A stretch of 57,223 nt of DNA, taken from assembly GCA_900088475.1 (NCBI GenBank), contig FLMG01004416.1:1-57223 (forward strand). Direction: 5' to 3'. This document shows positions 11,728 through 24,015 of this stretch, piece by piece (position 1 is the stretch's first letter; each line of letters begins with the position of its first letter). The position numbers were made by a program, and so were the translations under genes. The stretch comes from Hyphochytrium catenoides. Lineage: Eukaryota; Protista; Hyphochytriomycota. Under the pieces are notes generated by a model, which worked only from the letters and a program-made list of their open reading frames with translations, ran no database searches and had not been told where the DNA came from.

Positions 11728-14700
11728 CTACTGAGAAGATGAACTCTTGCCGTTGTCACTTCCAAGAGATTTTGTCTCTTCCTCATCATCTCCGCTCGCT
11801 CCTTGAAGTTGTCTCTTCACCATGTTCGCGTACACTCCTCGCTTCTCAACCAACTCCCTATGCTTCCCTTCCTCAACTATCTTCCCACCTGACACAACAA
11901 CAATCCTATCCGCACTCTTCACAGTTGAGAGCCGGTGGGCGATGACAAGGACCGTGCAATCGTGCATCAAGCGGTCGATAGCTTCCTGCACTAAGTGCTC
12001 TGACTCTGCGTCCAGTGCCGATGTAGCTGAGAGAAGAGGTTCAGTGCCCGAGCATGAGGGTCACGAGATGGAGAATGCTAGTGAGGTTATCGACGGCAAA
12101 TATCTCTCGCCGCGAGCATCAAATAGAAGCGTAACGCAAACCAGACTGCGGATAATATGCGAACGCAGATGAGCCCAATAGAAGGAAATGATAGCGTTCC
12201 CAAGAAGGATAGGGCTAGCTAGAACTTGCAACCCCAAATGAACGGTGACAGAAGGTGGACGAGAGGAAAAAATGACAGAGCGCAAGAGCAACATTAGCCT
12301 ACCTTCGTCGAGCAATAAGATGTTAGGTTTCCGAACCAGAGCTCGAGCGATCGCTATTCTCTGCTTCTGTCCTCCCGAAAGCTGCACTCCTTTCTCTCCA
12401 ACGTCCGTATCATATCCATCCGGCATGGCCGTGATAAAGGCGTGAGCATTGGCTAACTTTGCTGCAGCTATGACTTCCTCCATCGTGGGCTCGTCTGGAT
12501 CTCCCTGTTTGGGTTGGAGAAGATTATCAATAAGCTTATACAGAGGATAGGACAGGCTAGCCATGACCCCAAGGAGGACAGTGGCAGAGCTCATAATCCA
12601 CTCCGTCTTCGTTCTCCCCAACTCTTATCCTCGACCGGTCGCTATGGTCCGTGTCTTACCTCTAGTCCATAGATAATATTTCGTCTAATTGATCTGCCAT
12701 AGAGCACCGGCTCCTGTCCCACGATACCGAGCCGTCTATGTAGCTGCTTGGGATCATACTCGTGCACCTGCCGACCGTCCACCATCACTCTTCCTGCCTC
12801 TGGCTCGTAAAGGTTCTCAATGAGTTTGACACAGCTAGACTTGCCGCCACCGGATGGCCCCACCAACGCAACAACCTCGCCTGGTGTTCCGGCCCAGCCA
12901 GGTAGAGCCATACCAGAGAAAGAACAATGTGGAGATAGTCAGACCGCCTGCCCATCGATAAGCATGAAGAAGCAGACAACTGATCCCTGTAGAAAGCTAA
13001 ACAGGAAGAGGGACTCTCTGCGCAGGACGAGACAGCAGGAAAAGGAAGACAAAAAATACGCGGCAATGGGCCATCCTACCCGGATTGATATGCAGCGAGA
13101 ACTCCTTGAGAATGACGACTCCCGGCCTGCTGGGATAGCGGAAGGTCACATCCTCAATATCAATGCGGGAGCCTGTGGCTTTAGGAATCATGGTGCCTGT
13201 AGGGGTCATCTTAGGCTCCCGGTTGATCAGTTCAAACACCTGAAGTGAGAGTGAGAGATGTTAGGTCTCTCCTAAGGTTCGCCCCTATTTGATGGCAACC
13301 CCTCCTCTAATCGCGGAAGGACCTCTTGCTTATCCTCTTATGTCACGATGTAGTGCTTGAAGCTTTTGCTCTTCCGAGAATGTCTATGCCTCGTTCTATG
13401 GAATATTGCGCATCCATGTCCCTTCTACACGCATGGCAGGTCTTTTCCTATCTCTTCCGAGAATATTATGCTATTGATTACCTTGTCGGCAGCTCCAAGT
13501 GCTCCACTAAGTGACGAGTAGATATCTCCAATGGAGTTAAGAGCCGAGGAGAGATTGCTCATGTACAGCAGAAAAGTGACTAGGGACCCGCCAGAAATGG
13601 TATCAGCTAGCACTAGCCGTCCGCCATAAAAGAGAACAACAGCGATTACGAGGTTGGGCAGGAGCGTCGTGACTAGCCACATCAAGGGAAGAAAGGTATG
13701 GTGTGAGTCGCAAAGATAGGTGTGAGATCCAGCTTCTTCTCAAGCAGCCAAATAGTAAAGAAACAGACCCAAAAGAAATCGTCTAGCAACTTCCCGTCAG
13801 TCATTCGGAAAAGTGTCAGGAAAAAGGGCGAGGTGTGAGTTTGGGAAGAAAGAAACCAGATGCTCTCCGTACTTGAGGCATAGAAGGTATACGCAAGGGC
13901 CTCCTGCATTTGCAAAGCATAGTATTCCTTGAGCTTCTGTCCATAGTTCTTCTGCTCTTGGTCTTCACTTGCATAGAATCGTACGGTGTGCATCGACCCC
14001 AGCGTCTCCTCCGCCACTGCGTTTGCGGAAGCCAGCTTCTCTTGCACCTTCATATAAAGGTCCCGGAGAAAGTTGCCATAGTACTATGCAGTAGAGTGGA
14101 GAGAGCTAGTTAGCGAGAAATATGCCACAAGTGTAGCAGAGAACGTTCGAGGAAGGCTAGATTGAGAAATAAAGAGCAAAAGGAACAAATATATCGTCGA
14201 GACTTGTTCAAACAAAGGCTATAGCGGACGAGAACGATTGGAGCAGAGGTTATTAACATGTTGAGTGGTAAATGAAAGGAGGGAAGAGAAAGAGCTGTCA
14301 ATTGATGAGGTTCCCTTCATTCCTTACTTTGCTGATAAGCATGACGATTGGTAGTGAGATAAACGTGAGAAGTGTGAGCTGCCACGAGAGAGCAAACATA
14401 AAGATCAAGGTGCCCACAGCCTGCACAAGGCTTCTAAGGAAGACGTTTATGTTGAGACCAACTTGTGTGCTCATTCGGCTCGTGTCTGCGTTCAGACGGC
14501 TAGTAATGTCACCTGAGTGGACAGTAGTTGAGTGAGACACAGCTTTACCAAGGGCCAAAAGGCGGGACACACCATCGAAATCTAGAAGGGGAAGTGCTAC
14601 TAAAAGAGCGATGGACGGTGCAAAGAACTTGTTGGTCAAAAGTCCCTACTCTAGAGAGCGCATCTCTTGGGAGTGTTTACTCTCTTCTATGGTGGTGCAG

Positions 14701-17006
14701 GCTCTCCTACCAATCTTAGTGGTGTCAAAGAAGCCAATCTCTTGGGTAAGGAGCGCTTCAAACAGCTTCTTTGACACTCGGACTTTTAAGCGTGCGATGG
14801 TTACGGAGAAGATCCCTCCTCTCACCCCTGTAAAGAGAGCACAAGCCGCCGCAGAGAGAACTAGGTAGCCAGTGTTCTTCCTTAACTCGTCCTCATCCAT
14901 CACTGGCCGCTTGATTACTGCGTCAATGATGAGCCTGGTGTAAGCAGATCGCACGGAACAAGCACATGTAAGCCAACAGATAAGGCACTGGAAAGAGCCC
15001 TACAAAAATTGACACATTGCCAATCAGGTGGCGCTGTCAGCTGTAAGCTGCGAAGACATTAGCCGATATCAGAAGAGAAAGGCTAGGAGTGACACGGGTG
15101 CAGGTGATACAAGCCACAACCAGCTGGACATAGTGTCTTACCCGGTGAACTTCGGCACGAAGATCTGCGCGACGGCGGCGAGGATCAGAAAAACGAAGGC
15201 AATCGCAAGGAGATGCTTGTCCGGGTAGCAATACCCCAATAGCTGACGGAAGCTATGGCACACGCAACGGAAGACGCACGACAATGGAATAGGATATGAG
15301 GGGTGCTGTTCTTTTGGTCAGGATAATGTGGCCAACAAGGTGGAGATGATGGAAGCTGGCCAGAAGGTAACGAAGTAACAACGATGGAGACAGAGGAGAC
15401 ACTAAGGTGGCTAGCTCATCGTCCATAGTCGTTTAACGCATCTAACGATTACTTCCTCCCATCTAAAGATCCTTAGCCCTTTGGGGTATACCTGACGCGC
15501 TTGCGAGCAGCCTCCTCTGCCTTCTTTCTCTCTTCTTCCTCCTCATCAAAATCTTCCGCTTCTTGGCGCTTAGGACCATTGCCGTTCATCTCTGACCTTT
15601 GCTTGGCCTTCCATTCTGCGTGGCGCTTTTCCATTTTAATCTAAATGAGGAGTTACAGAGAGATCAGGTGAGACTAGCGTGGAGACTACCATATATCGTT
15701 CGGAGGAACGAAGGTAGAGGCAGAAAGAGGGGAAGTGAGAGATAACTAGGAGGTCGAGCATATTGTGACGTTACCTGCAGCAGCTTTGCCCTTCTCACTC
15801 TACTGACGAGGGATAGCTCTGCCCATCCGAACAGCACCGTAGCAGCCATAGCGGCCCAGAAGAGTCGAGTCTGCATAGCCGTTGGCTGGATGGAGAAGTC
15901 AATCAATCTGGGGATTGTCATAACGAGAAGAGACGTTCAGTGAGGGTGGCGTTGATTGAGTGGTAAGAAAGGAAACAAGACAGAGTCTGGAAGGGAGTCA
16001 AAGACAAGAGAAGGAAAAGCAATTCAAGCGCGACAAGAAAGAGAGATCAATAGATATCAAGCCTATAAACCACTTCTGACTGGTCATAAGTCATAAGAAT
16101 CCGTTGACCCCGTAAACGAGGCCACAGAGTGCTTTGGCACAAAGGCGGGAGAAACAATAGGAGCGTGACTGAACTTTGAGTGCGCATCAAAGAGCATGCA
16201 GACGTTGGCAGGCTAAAGCGACATGACCGGTATGAGTGCAACACAGAGCAGAGGGCAGGGGAAGAGATAGACAACGTCGAAATGAAGACTGAGCCTTCAG
16301 ACCTGGCAATAGCCTTGACAGTGGCCAGCAGCAGGGACAGCACTTGTAGGAAGATGGGAAGACTAAGGTGGGAAGCTTCTTTTCCCTCATCAGAGAGAGA
16401 AGAGGCACATAACAAGCGCACAGCGAAGAGAGAGAGGAAGACTAAGCGGATATAGCTCGCAATCGCAAGGTCCAAGACAGAGTTCCCTATGACGTAGCGA
16501 TAGCTCTGTAGCTCTGGCATCTCTTCCCGCATCTCCCGTAGCCCTGTGAACACATTCTCTCTAGTCTCTCCTCTCTGAAACTCTTGGGACCCCTTTCTTC
16601 CTCTCAGGACACTAAGTCCGGCTTGCCAGACTCCTCTCTCCCATACTCCCTGTGGCTCTTTCGTAAGAGGAGCCACAGCAGGAAGTTGCAGAGAATGCTG
16701 GTCGTCAGGAACAAGGGCTGGAAGAGAAGGCAGTGAAGATGGGCTTTCATCTCTCTCCCCTTGCCCGGTGCCCTCGGCTTCGGAGGTCAAGTAAGGCGGT
16801 GGCTTCCCCCAATCATAGCTGAAGGGCGGCATGGGCCAGAGAGTAGGAGCGCAAGTGGTAACCCAGTGCGTGGCAAAGAGAGAGTATGAGTTGACGGCGG
16901 CATCAGCCGCCAGCGTCAGCAATGTACATGTAAAATATCGATGAACGGACCGCCGCCGCCGTGCTTTCCGCTGCTCCACCGTAGTGGAGAGTGAGTTGTC
17001 AGCCAT
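11728..17006 (-). CDS. ABCB-family half transporter, TAP/ABCB9(TAPL)-like, multi-exon
   Basis: Walker [11 protein letters not shown]-loop VGQEPVLY, signature [15 protein letters not shown], Walker B/D-loop [14 protein letters not shown] and H-loop [11 protein letters not shown] motifs [18 protein letters not shown]. The N-terminal extra TM region contains SVLDL, as I recall for the ABCB9 TMD0. All traced introns are GT-AG and in frame. Confidence 0.93.
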
Positions 17007-17258
17007 TCAGAACCAACTCCGACCACAGGGGTTGACAGCCACGAAGAGCAAGAGACAAGTTATCGAGAAGAACCACGGAAAAGAGGAGCTGATGGTGCCT
17101 GGCTGCAGGAGGAGGTCAGATCTGCTGCTAGACCGTGATCAAGCACCCAGGTGCTGGGCTGAGATACTGATCAGTAGGAAGTGGAGGAGTGACTGATCAG
17201 GTCCAACAGCGGAAGGAAATGGAAGCTCTGGGCCGTAACCCATCAAGGCGTCCATCTG

Positions 17259-17554
17259 GAGAGGAGGGAGAGAGAGAGAGACAGAGAGAGAGGAGAGAGA
17301 GGAAAGGTAAAGGAAGAAGAGAGATGTGATCAAGAGACAGAGGACCGAGAGCATTGCGTTAATAAGGGCAGAAAGGAAAGAGAGAAGCGACGAGAGGTAG
17401 AGGGTAGAGGATGAACAGGTGGAAGAGGGAATGGAGAGTGTGAAAGAAGGGAGTTGATAAGGAGAGCGAGAGAGAGAGAGAGAAGAGAGAGTGAGAGACA
17501 GAGAGAGACAGAGAGACAGAGAGAGACGGGGAGAGAGAGAGTGGGGGGGAGAGA

Positions 17555-17585
<31 letters not shown>

Positions 17586-17588
17586 GGA
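17259..17588. repeat. Compound (GA)n/(GAGACA)n purine tract
   Basis: Visible GA-rich low-complexity tract upstream of the ABC transporter start. Confidence 0.92.
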
Positions 17589-17949
17589 GTTTCTATCTCA
17601 CCGCTCGATGGACATTGGCATGAAGAGACAGACAGAAATCCCGAGAGATATGACACCATACAACAGAGACACCAGTAAACCCCTTGAGGTGCTATTATCC
17701 TTTGAGAAAGAGAGCGGGAACAGCGAGACAGAAGAGTGATACAGACATCAAAATCTTTTGGTCATGTCATCACCCGCTAACGGCTACGATCGCAACGAAG
17801 AAATGACCGTCACTCATCGCCTTCTATCTCCGCCTGTCTCGAAGAGCCGTGCTGAACATGAGCAGCTGCAGCGCGAACAGGTTGTAGAAGTTCATATTGT
17901 TCATAGCAAGCGTAGGACAAGGCTCCATTACGCAGACATTACACGCGTA

Positions 17950-19620
17950 TACGGGATAGCAGGATGGATGGGGATCGAGCATTCTATGATGACAGCGATG
18001 ATCGATGGCTATGTGTACTTCTCAACTCGGAGAAATCTAAGGCGAAGAGTTTTGAGAATGCTGTGTGGGTGGCAGCGTCCTACTGCACAGCGGAGTCGTC
18101 TTACTTCTACAGATCACCATCCTGTCGGGGAAGTGTGACTTCCCTTGGCCATCATTGTACTATTTTGACCACCACCTGACACTAGTCTCTCTAGAAAACA
18201 GGAGAGACTTCCCTATTGTTCAGACCGTGGCGTGCATCGCGAAAGGCATCATCCTCTAGGAGAACTAGAAGCGTCGCTTCAGTATTAGCAGCGGCGTAAA
18301 GACCATTTGCCACATCTCCTAGAAGCTAATGTGTTACTTTCCTGGTCAAGGCCATATCCATGACTTGCCTTCATGTCCACAGTCCGAAATGTCAATCGTT
18401 ATCGATGCAGAGTTTGAGATGAGCAGATCGCATGGTAACAGTCCCTTCTCATCTCCGCAATGAGTGATTGCTGTAAGTAGCCAAGAAGGACACCGCAACG
18501 TTGGGGGTATCAGAGGAAGAGGTACAAATGAGAACATGGACGAGGGATAGACCATTGCCGGACTCACATTTCTTAACACGTTTCTTGAACCTAATCGTGG
18601 CAAACTGATGGACTGGCGAGCAAAGTTACCTATTGCGTTCCCCTGGTTTGAGAGCAATCTGCACCACGACCTCCCAAAAGACGAGAATCTGGAAAGTCTC
18701 CGCCTGTGGCAAGGAGCTGAGGCTCCATCCGCTCAAGTTATTGCCGTTATGCCGTAAGCCCAGAAGAAGAACTTTTTCGGATCCAAAGTCAAGGGTGAGA
18801 CAGAAGGATCGTCCTGTCATAGGCATAAGGATACTATCTAGAACTTTTCCGCACGCACAGAGGAGGTGGTGGTGACAGAAGGATGGTCTGTTAATAAGCA
18901 TAGGCAGCTATCAGAGACAGGAGATGATAGAATTATGCTCTCCTTGCATGCCAGGCTTTGCAGCATGGGATTAGGATACTGCTGAGGTAGGGCTAGGAGA
19001 AATGGTCTGCAACTGACTCATGGAAATAAAGCATGCTGCGTCCTGGTGATGCCTGTACTCGAACCCATGTGATCATATTCTTTGCAATGCGATCACCCTC
19101 GTAAGATGGGATCTGCTTGTGAGTGGTGACGGTGCGAGAGGAGTTCCTAAACGGCTTTGTTCCCTCCGTACTGCGCCCGCACTCCGCGTTGCAGCTGATA
19201 GAGCTGCGCCACCTCATTGGAGGCATGGCAGCCGAGCAGAAGGTAGTTGCGGGGCTTCACCATCCATGCGAACCTCATAAAGAGCATGCTGTATACGCAT
19301 AGTACTAGACACGGGCAGTAGGTTAGTTAACCAAGGCAAGGAGACATAGTACATTGTGAAGCAATGAACTCACCTCCAGTCATTTTCACGGAAATGATCT
19401 CAGGGGGCTTGTTCATGTCATTTATGGCCTAAGCTATCACTATCAGTATGGCGATCACACTCTTGGAGACGAGATTAACACCGAGTCTGCATCTTACCGC
19501 TACGACAAAGCCCCAGTTTGCGACGGGACCCCAGAAGTGTGTTGTCTTAGGTCCCGTTGGAGAGTTCAGGAATGCGCGGAATGCCGACGCCATGGTCGTT
19601 GTACCTATGAAACTGACAGC
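17950..19620 (+). mobile_element. Highly decayed Mutator-like (MULE) transposase relic
   Basis: Colinear degenerate motifs across stops and frameshifts: SIVIDAEF (first catalytic D region), VIAVSSQEG, PWFESNL (WxWF), VSACGKEL (SDxxKGL), a SWIM-like W*CLYSNPCDHIL near 19045-19085, and a Zn-knuckle-like CAECRRHG near 19573-19596. Confidence 0.45.
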
Positions 19621-20589
19621 TTCGGGAGAGATCCTTCCAGCAGTTGCTTTCTCTAACTTTCAGACCAGAAACCCCACAGTGCTTCCAGCTGCTGGAAGGA
19701 GTTATATAGGAGGGACGGGTCCGTGATGATCCGAGATCCAAGCAGGGTGTACAGGCAAGGTACCGCAGTATCTCCGCCTCAAGCTCACACGTGACACTGG
19801 ACCTGGCACTTTCCAGTCGAGTGCTTGAGTGAGTTCCTCAGCAGACGAAACGAGGCTTTTGAAGCTTTCTGACAACAGCAGCTACGGAGTTCCAATAACA
19901 AAGGCCCTGTAAGGACATGTCAGTTCTCAACAAGAGGGCTCACCTGTCATAACATGATCTCAACAAGAAGAACTGGTTATCAAACCCTACCGTTTACAGT
20001 AATCTAACAGCACCGATTAATCACAGAGTACACGTACTAACAAAAGTCTTTCTTCAAGTAACAAGAGCGGCGATTGGAAGATAGGCGGAAGCGGAAGAGT
20101 ACAGGAAGTAGTTGTTGACCTCAACAGTCTTGCAGTCTTGGCATTAGTGAGCCACAGCAGGGCTGATCAGGCGCCCGTGGGCTCGTGGGCCTGCTCATTT
20201 CTTTGCCGTCACATCGGCGGGCCGACGACTGCAGACGTTTGCTCCAGACGACTAGTGATTGAAATAATGATGATTGAGACGACGGCAGCAGTTAGTCGGT
20301 GGTAGTAGTAGCAACGAGAAGACAAGGTTACTGGTGGGTGCAGCAGTACGACCACAGTGTATAATGGAATAGGATAAGTAAAAACAACTCCTCATCCGTC
20401 AAGGGAAAGCGACAGCATCGCTCCTCGTCCACAAATTCAGACACACCTACTTCTTCACCTTTTCCTTCTCCGCCTTTCTTGGCAGCCTTCATGAAATGCT
20501 GGCTAACCTGTCCTCCCATCTCACCCGGCCGTAGGTTGACTCTGTCATAGGCATCGCCTTTGAGGAAGTCTACTTATGCTTCCTCCTCA

Positions 20590-21060
20590 AGCGCCATCCA
20601 TCCTCTCTCACCGTTAGCCAGAGAGGCTGTTGTCTAAGTCTGAAAAGACGTCTCAACTCATTATCCTTTTCCTTGCTTCGACGAGGTCCGTTCGGTTGTG
20701 AATGGGTATAAACGCCTGCTTTGCTTCAGTGTACTTACGCGCAGCCTTAATCCTCCATTCAATAGCCGTGGTAGCTAAATTTCCTCTTTCGACATCATTT
20801 CCCCGAGTTCGGAGTATCTTCCCTATGTCTCGGTCATCATCTTCATCATATTCTTGAGTTTGGAAGAGGATTCGGCCATTCTAGGATCCCTTGACTTCTT
20901 CCATCGTGGCCCTGACATTGTCTCTAACGACCGTCTTAAGAGCTTCATTCACCCCAGAAAGAGGCTAATGATTAGCTCCCTCTTTCAGCGTCCTCGCGTA
21001 CCTTCCATAAAGCCCCCATACTGGGCAAACGTATGGTACCAAGGGATCAAAGTCCTATAA
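20590..21060 (-). pseudogene. Unidentified decayed protein-coding frame
   Basis: One frame reads as protein-like (ALKTVVRDNVRATMEEVKGS*NGRILFQTQEYDEDDDRDIGKILRTRGNDVERGNLATTAIEWRIKAARKYTEAKQAF), interrupted by three in-frame TAGs. Confidence 0.3.
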
Positions 21061-21315
21061 CAGTTGAGGTCGGTTGATTGCATGTTTAGCAAAAAGGCTT
21101 AGTATAAAAGGAAAGAGTTGACAGGAGACGCCTAATCACATTCTGGTATGCGACCCTGTTGCTGATATGTCTTCAAAAGTTCACGTGCTCTCGTTCCAAG
21201 CCCTGGCAGATCTTGCTTTGCACGGGTTAACAATCGTTGTCAGAGGATGAAGAAAAATAGTTGAATTCCTCAGCACTTATCGAGAGAAGAGGAATAAGGA
21301 GGAAGGGGAGATGAA

Positions 21316-22140
21316 GTGCCAATATATCCAGATCACGTTGAGGAAGGCAAGCAAGCGAAGGGTCCATTCGATTTTATAACAGCTAGCCATTACTTAGCAG
21401 AAGACAAAAAGGATGACGCAGGAGAAGAAGAAGTGGGCAAGAAGAGCGACAAGTCTTCTTTCGGGTCGTTGACTTTCGCCACCATAAATAAATCAGGAAA
21501 GAAGAGCAGAAAGATTCATAAATCGCTTAATGAGAGAGGGAAAGTAAACTCTTTGAAGATCACAAAGCAGGAAAAGGTCATGATGAAAGCAACAAACAAG
21601 AGTGGCAGGCAAGGGAACGAGATAAGAAGAGCAAGGCAACAAGAAGAGCGGCGGATATCATTGTTGAATGAAGGAGAAGAGGTCGAAGGAAGCGGCAGCA
21701 GGGGCACCGAGACAGCACGGACTTCTTCCCCAATGGTAGAGGAGGAAAAAGAAGTTGTTCTTTCGGTCTTTGCAGAGAGAAGAGGTAGTGAAGAACTCAA
21801 CCTATTAGATGTGATCATCATTGATTATGTGGGCCGCCTCTTCACGCAGTCCCACGTACACTTGTCTGATTATAAAGAGTGAAAAGTCAGCACGTTGTGC
21901 AGAAGTGAGGTCGAACCCCAGGTCATCGTCTTTATTGAGACCAAACGAAACGTTTCAGTCTCATGGTTCCTCAGTCTCAATCTGGCATAGCGTTACTTCA
22001 TCCTTCTCAGAGGATGAGGAGTAGCTGTTATTCAGGCAACAAGAGCCGCCCGCTTCTTCCGAAATGACTAGGTCCTCGCTCTAAGCAAGGCTGATTGTAC
22101 CGAGCAGGCACGTATGGGAAACATTACATTAGTTCCATGC
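21316..22140 (+). pseudogene. K/E-rich ORF followed by a decayed helicase-C-like segment (possible DEAD-box pseudogene)
   Basis: 188-aa K/E-rich ORF. The same frame past the stops reads PQVIVFIETKR (motif IV-like), then QATRAARFFRND*VLAL and ARMG. Confidence 0.25.
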
Positions 22141-24015
22141 CAACAGGGCAGCATCCCTACGCAGCTTCGGTCTGCCAAAAGTCCTCTATCTTGCAGAGTT
22201 ATAAAGCAGCAGGTTAGAGCCCCGACACAGTACTGCGTCTTTTCTGTCAGGTGGATTGGCTGTGAGGGCAGGCGAGAACTGAAGCTTCACCTGCTCTATC
22301 AGGGACATACTGGGCACATGGTCGGCCACACCTTCTGTCTTATCTTGCCTTACTCTTTCTCTCCTCCTTGTAACCTCTCTGTCTCTCATCACCTTCTCCC
22401 CTTTGCTCCCTGTTATTATTACCGCACTACCGTTTTGCCGGACAGTCTTAGTCTTTCAGTTCACTTCCCACTGTCCCATGATCCGTAATCCCATCCCTCT
22501 GTCTTCTCACACTGTTTAGTAGTTCTCATCTGAGAAGCACCAACCGACCAGGGCATTGCCTTTTATAGATCACAGCTGTCGTACGACGGACAGCAGAGGA
22601 TTACATACAGACAAGCTGTCGGGGTTCTAAAGGTCTGAATGTTTGTCAACACATAGAGCGTGTCTTAGGTAGTGTAGGCACAGAGACTGGCAGCCTGCGA
22701 ACTTACACGTTTGCATACAGATAGTTCTACACAGATATGTTTAGACCATAGGGAAAGGGCGAGTGGTCGTCTCATATCTTTACTGCTATTAAGCACCAGA
22801 AGTGCTTGGAAGAGGGAGAGAGATTCAGAGGTATGATGATGGTATAGAGTTTCTTTGTCTGTTTGTCTGCTCATTTCTCCCTGCGGCACGCCGTCAATCA
22901 CTCTAAACTCCCGGAGTCTCCCTTCTTCATCGTGTTAGGAAGTAGGACTTCTACTCTGTGCATCTAGAACTACACTGCGCTATATTGCCCATCTCCGTCC
23001 TCGTAGGAGTGTAAAACGGTAGAACGACTATGAAAGTGAGAGAGATGAAGAGAAAGGTGTTCGTAGTCAGGGCACATGCTGACCGGCTGTCCGCCTTTTC
23101 CTTCCGGAACATATTTCTGTCTCATTTCCTTGTTTTGCAGGCCATCCTCTCTCTCTCCTTGTCTCTGTTTCGTCTCTTTTCTTAGTTCTCGCTCACTATC
23201 TGTGTCTCTCTCTCGTCTCTTTCTCCATTTCGTCCTCTCCGTATCTCTCTTCTTTGGTCAACTCTACTTTCCATCTTGTTAAGTAGATTCCCCCGACTAA
23301 CCAGGTAAGTCCGGACTGGTGATGTCTCTTTCTAGCTACTTTCTTCTCCTCTTCGACGCTGTGTCTAAGACTATCAGCTTAAGGTACCACCAGCTACCTC
23401 CGGAGCCCGTATACCACGCTTGATTGGTTAGACCTCTGAAGTATGAGGAACACCCTTATCCTGTCTTACCCTGACAGCTCTCTCTATGATGCCCTTAGTC
23501 TTCCATGTTGAAGACCTTGGCTCTCTTTACTTCTAACCAGCTTCTGTTTTCCTTGCTTTTCGTGTGCCTTGTCCTTCCTTGAATGCCTTGTCCTTCCCTG
23601 AAGCCAAAGGTTCCCATAGGAAGCACCGCTGAAGGAAGAAGATACAGACAGGTACGGGCTTCTTATAAGACCGCTAGCGATCCCTTCTCTTCCTGAAGTG
23701 ACAGCTCTCCCTTGCACAGTAGGATGGTAGCGAACTGTGCTTAGAAAGAAGTGTCAACAACCCTGTGCCCGGAAACATCAAGACGGATCGAGCGTACGAT
23801 AACAAGGAAGAGGCGAGAAACGGACCCACTGCTTGCAAGCGCAGCCTTCCTATCTTGCTCTGTCTTCTGCCCAGCTTGTCATTTCCAATTCTCCTTCTGC
23901 GCAAGACGACCCTCTTTTAGTTCAGCGGGACAAGGGACACGTTTGTCGCATCTGAGAAGCTCATATTGAGGCTTCTCCTAACCTATCCAACTCTGATATA
24001 AAACTTTCAAGCATC

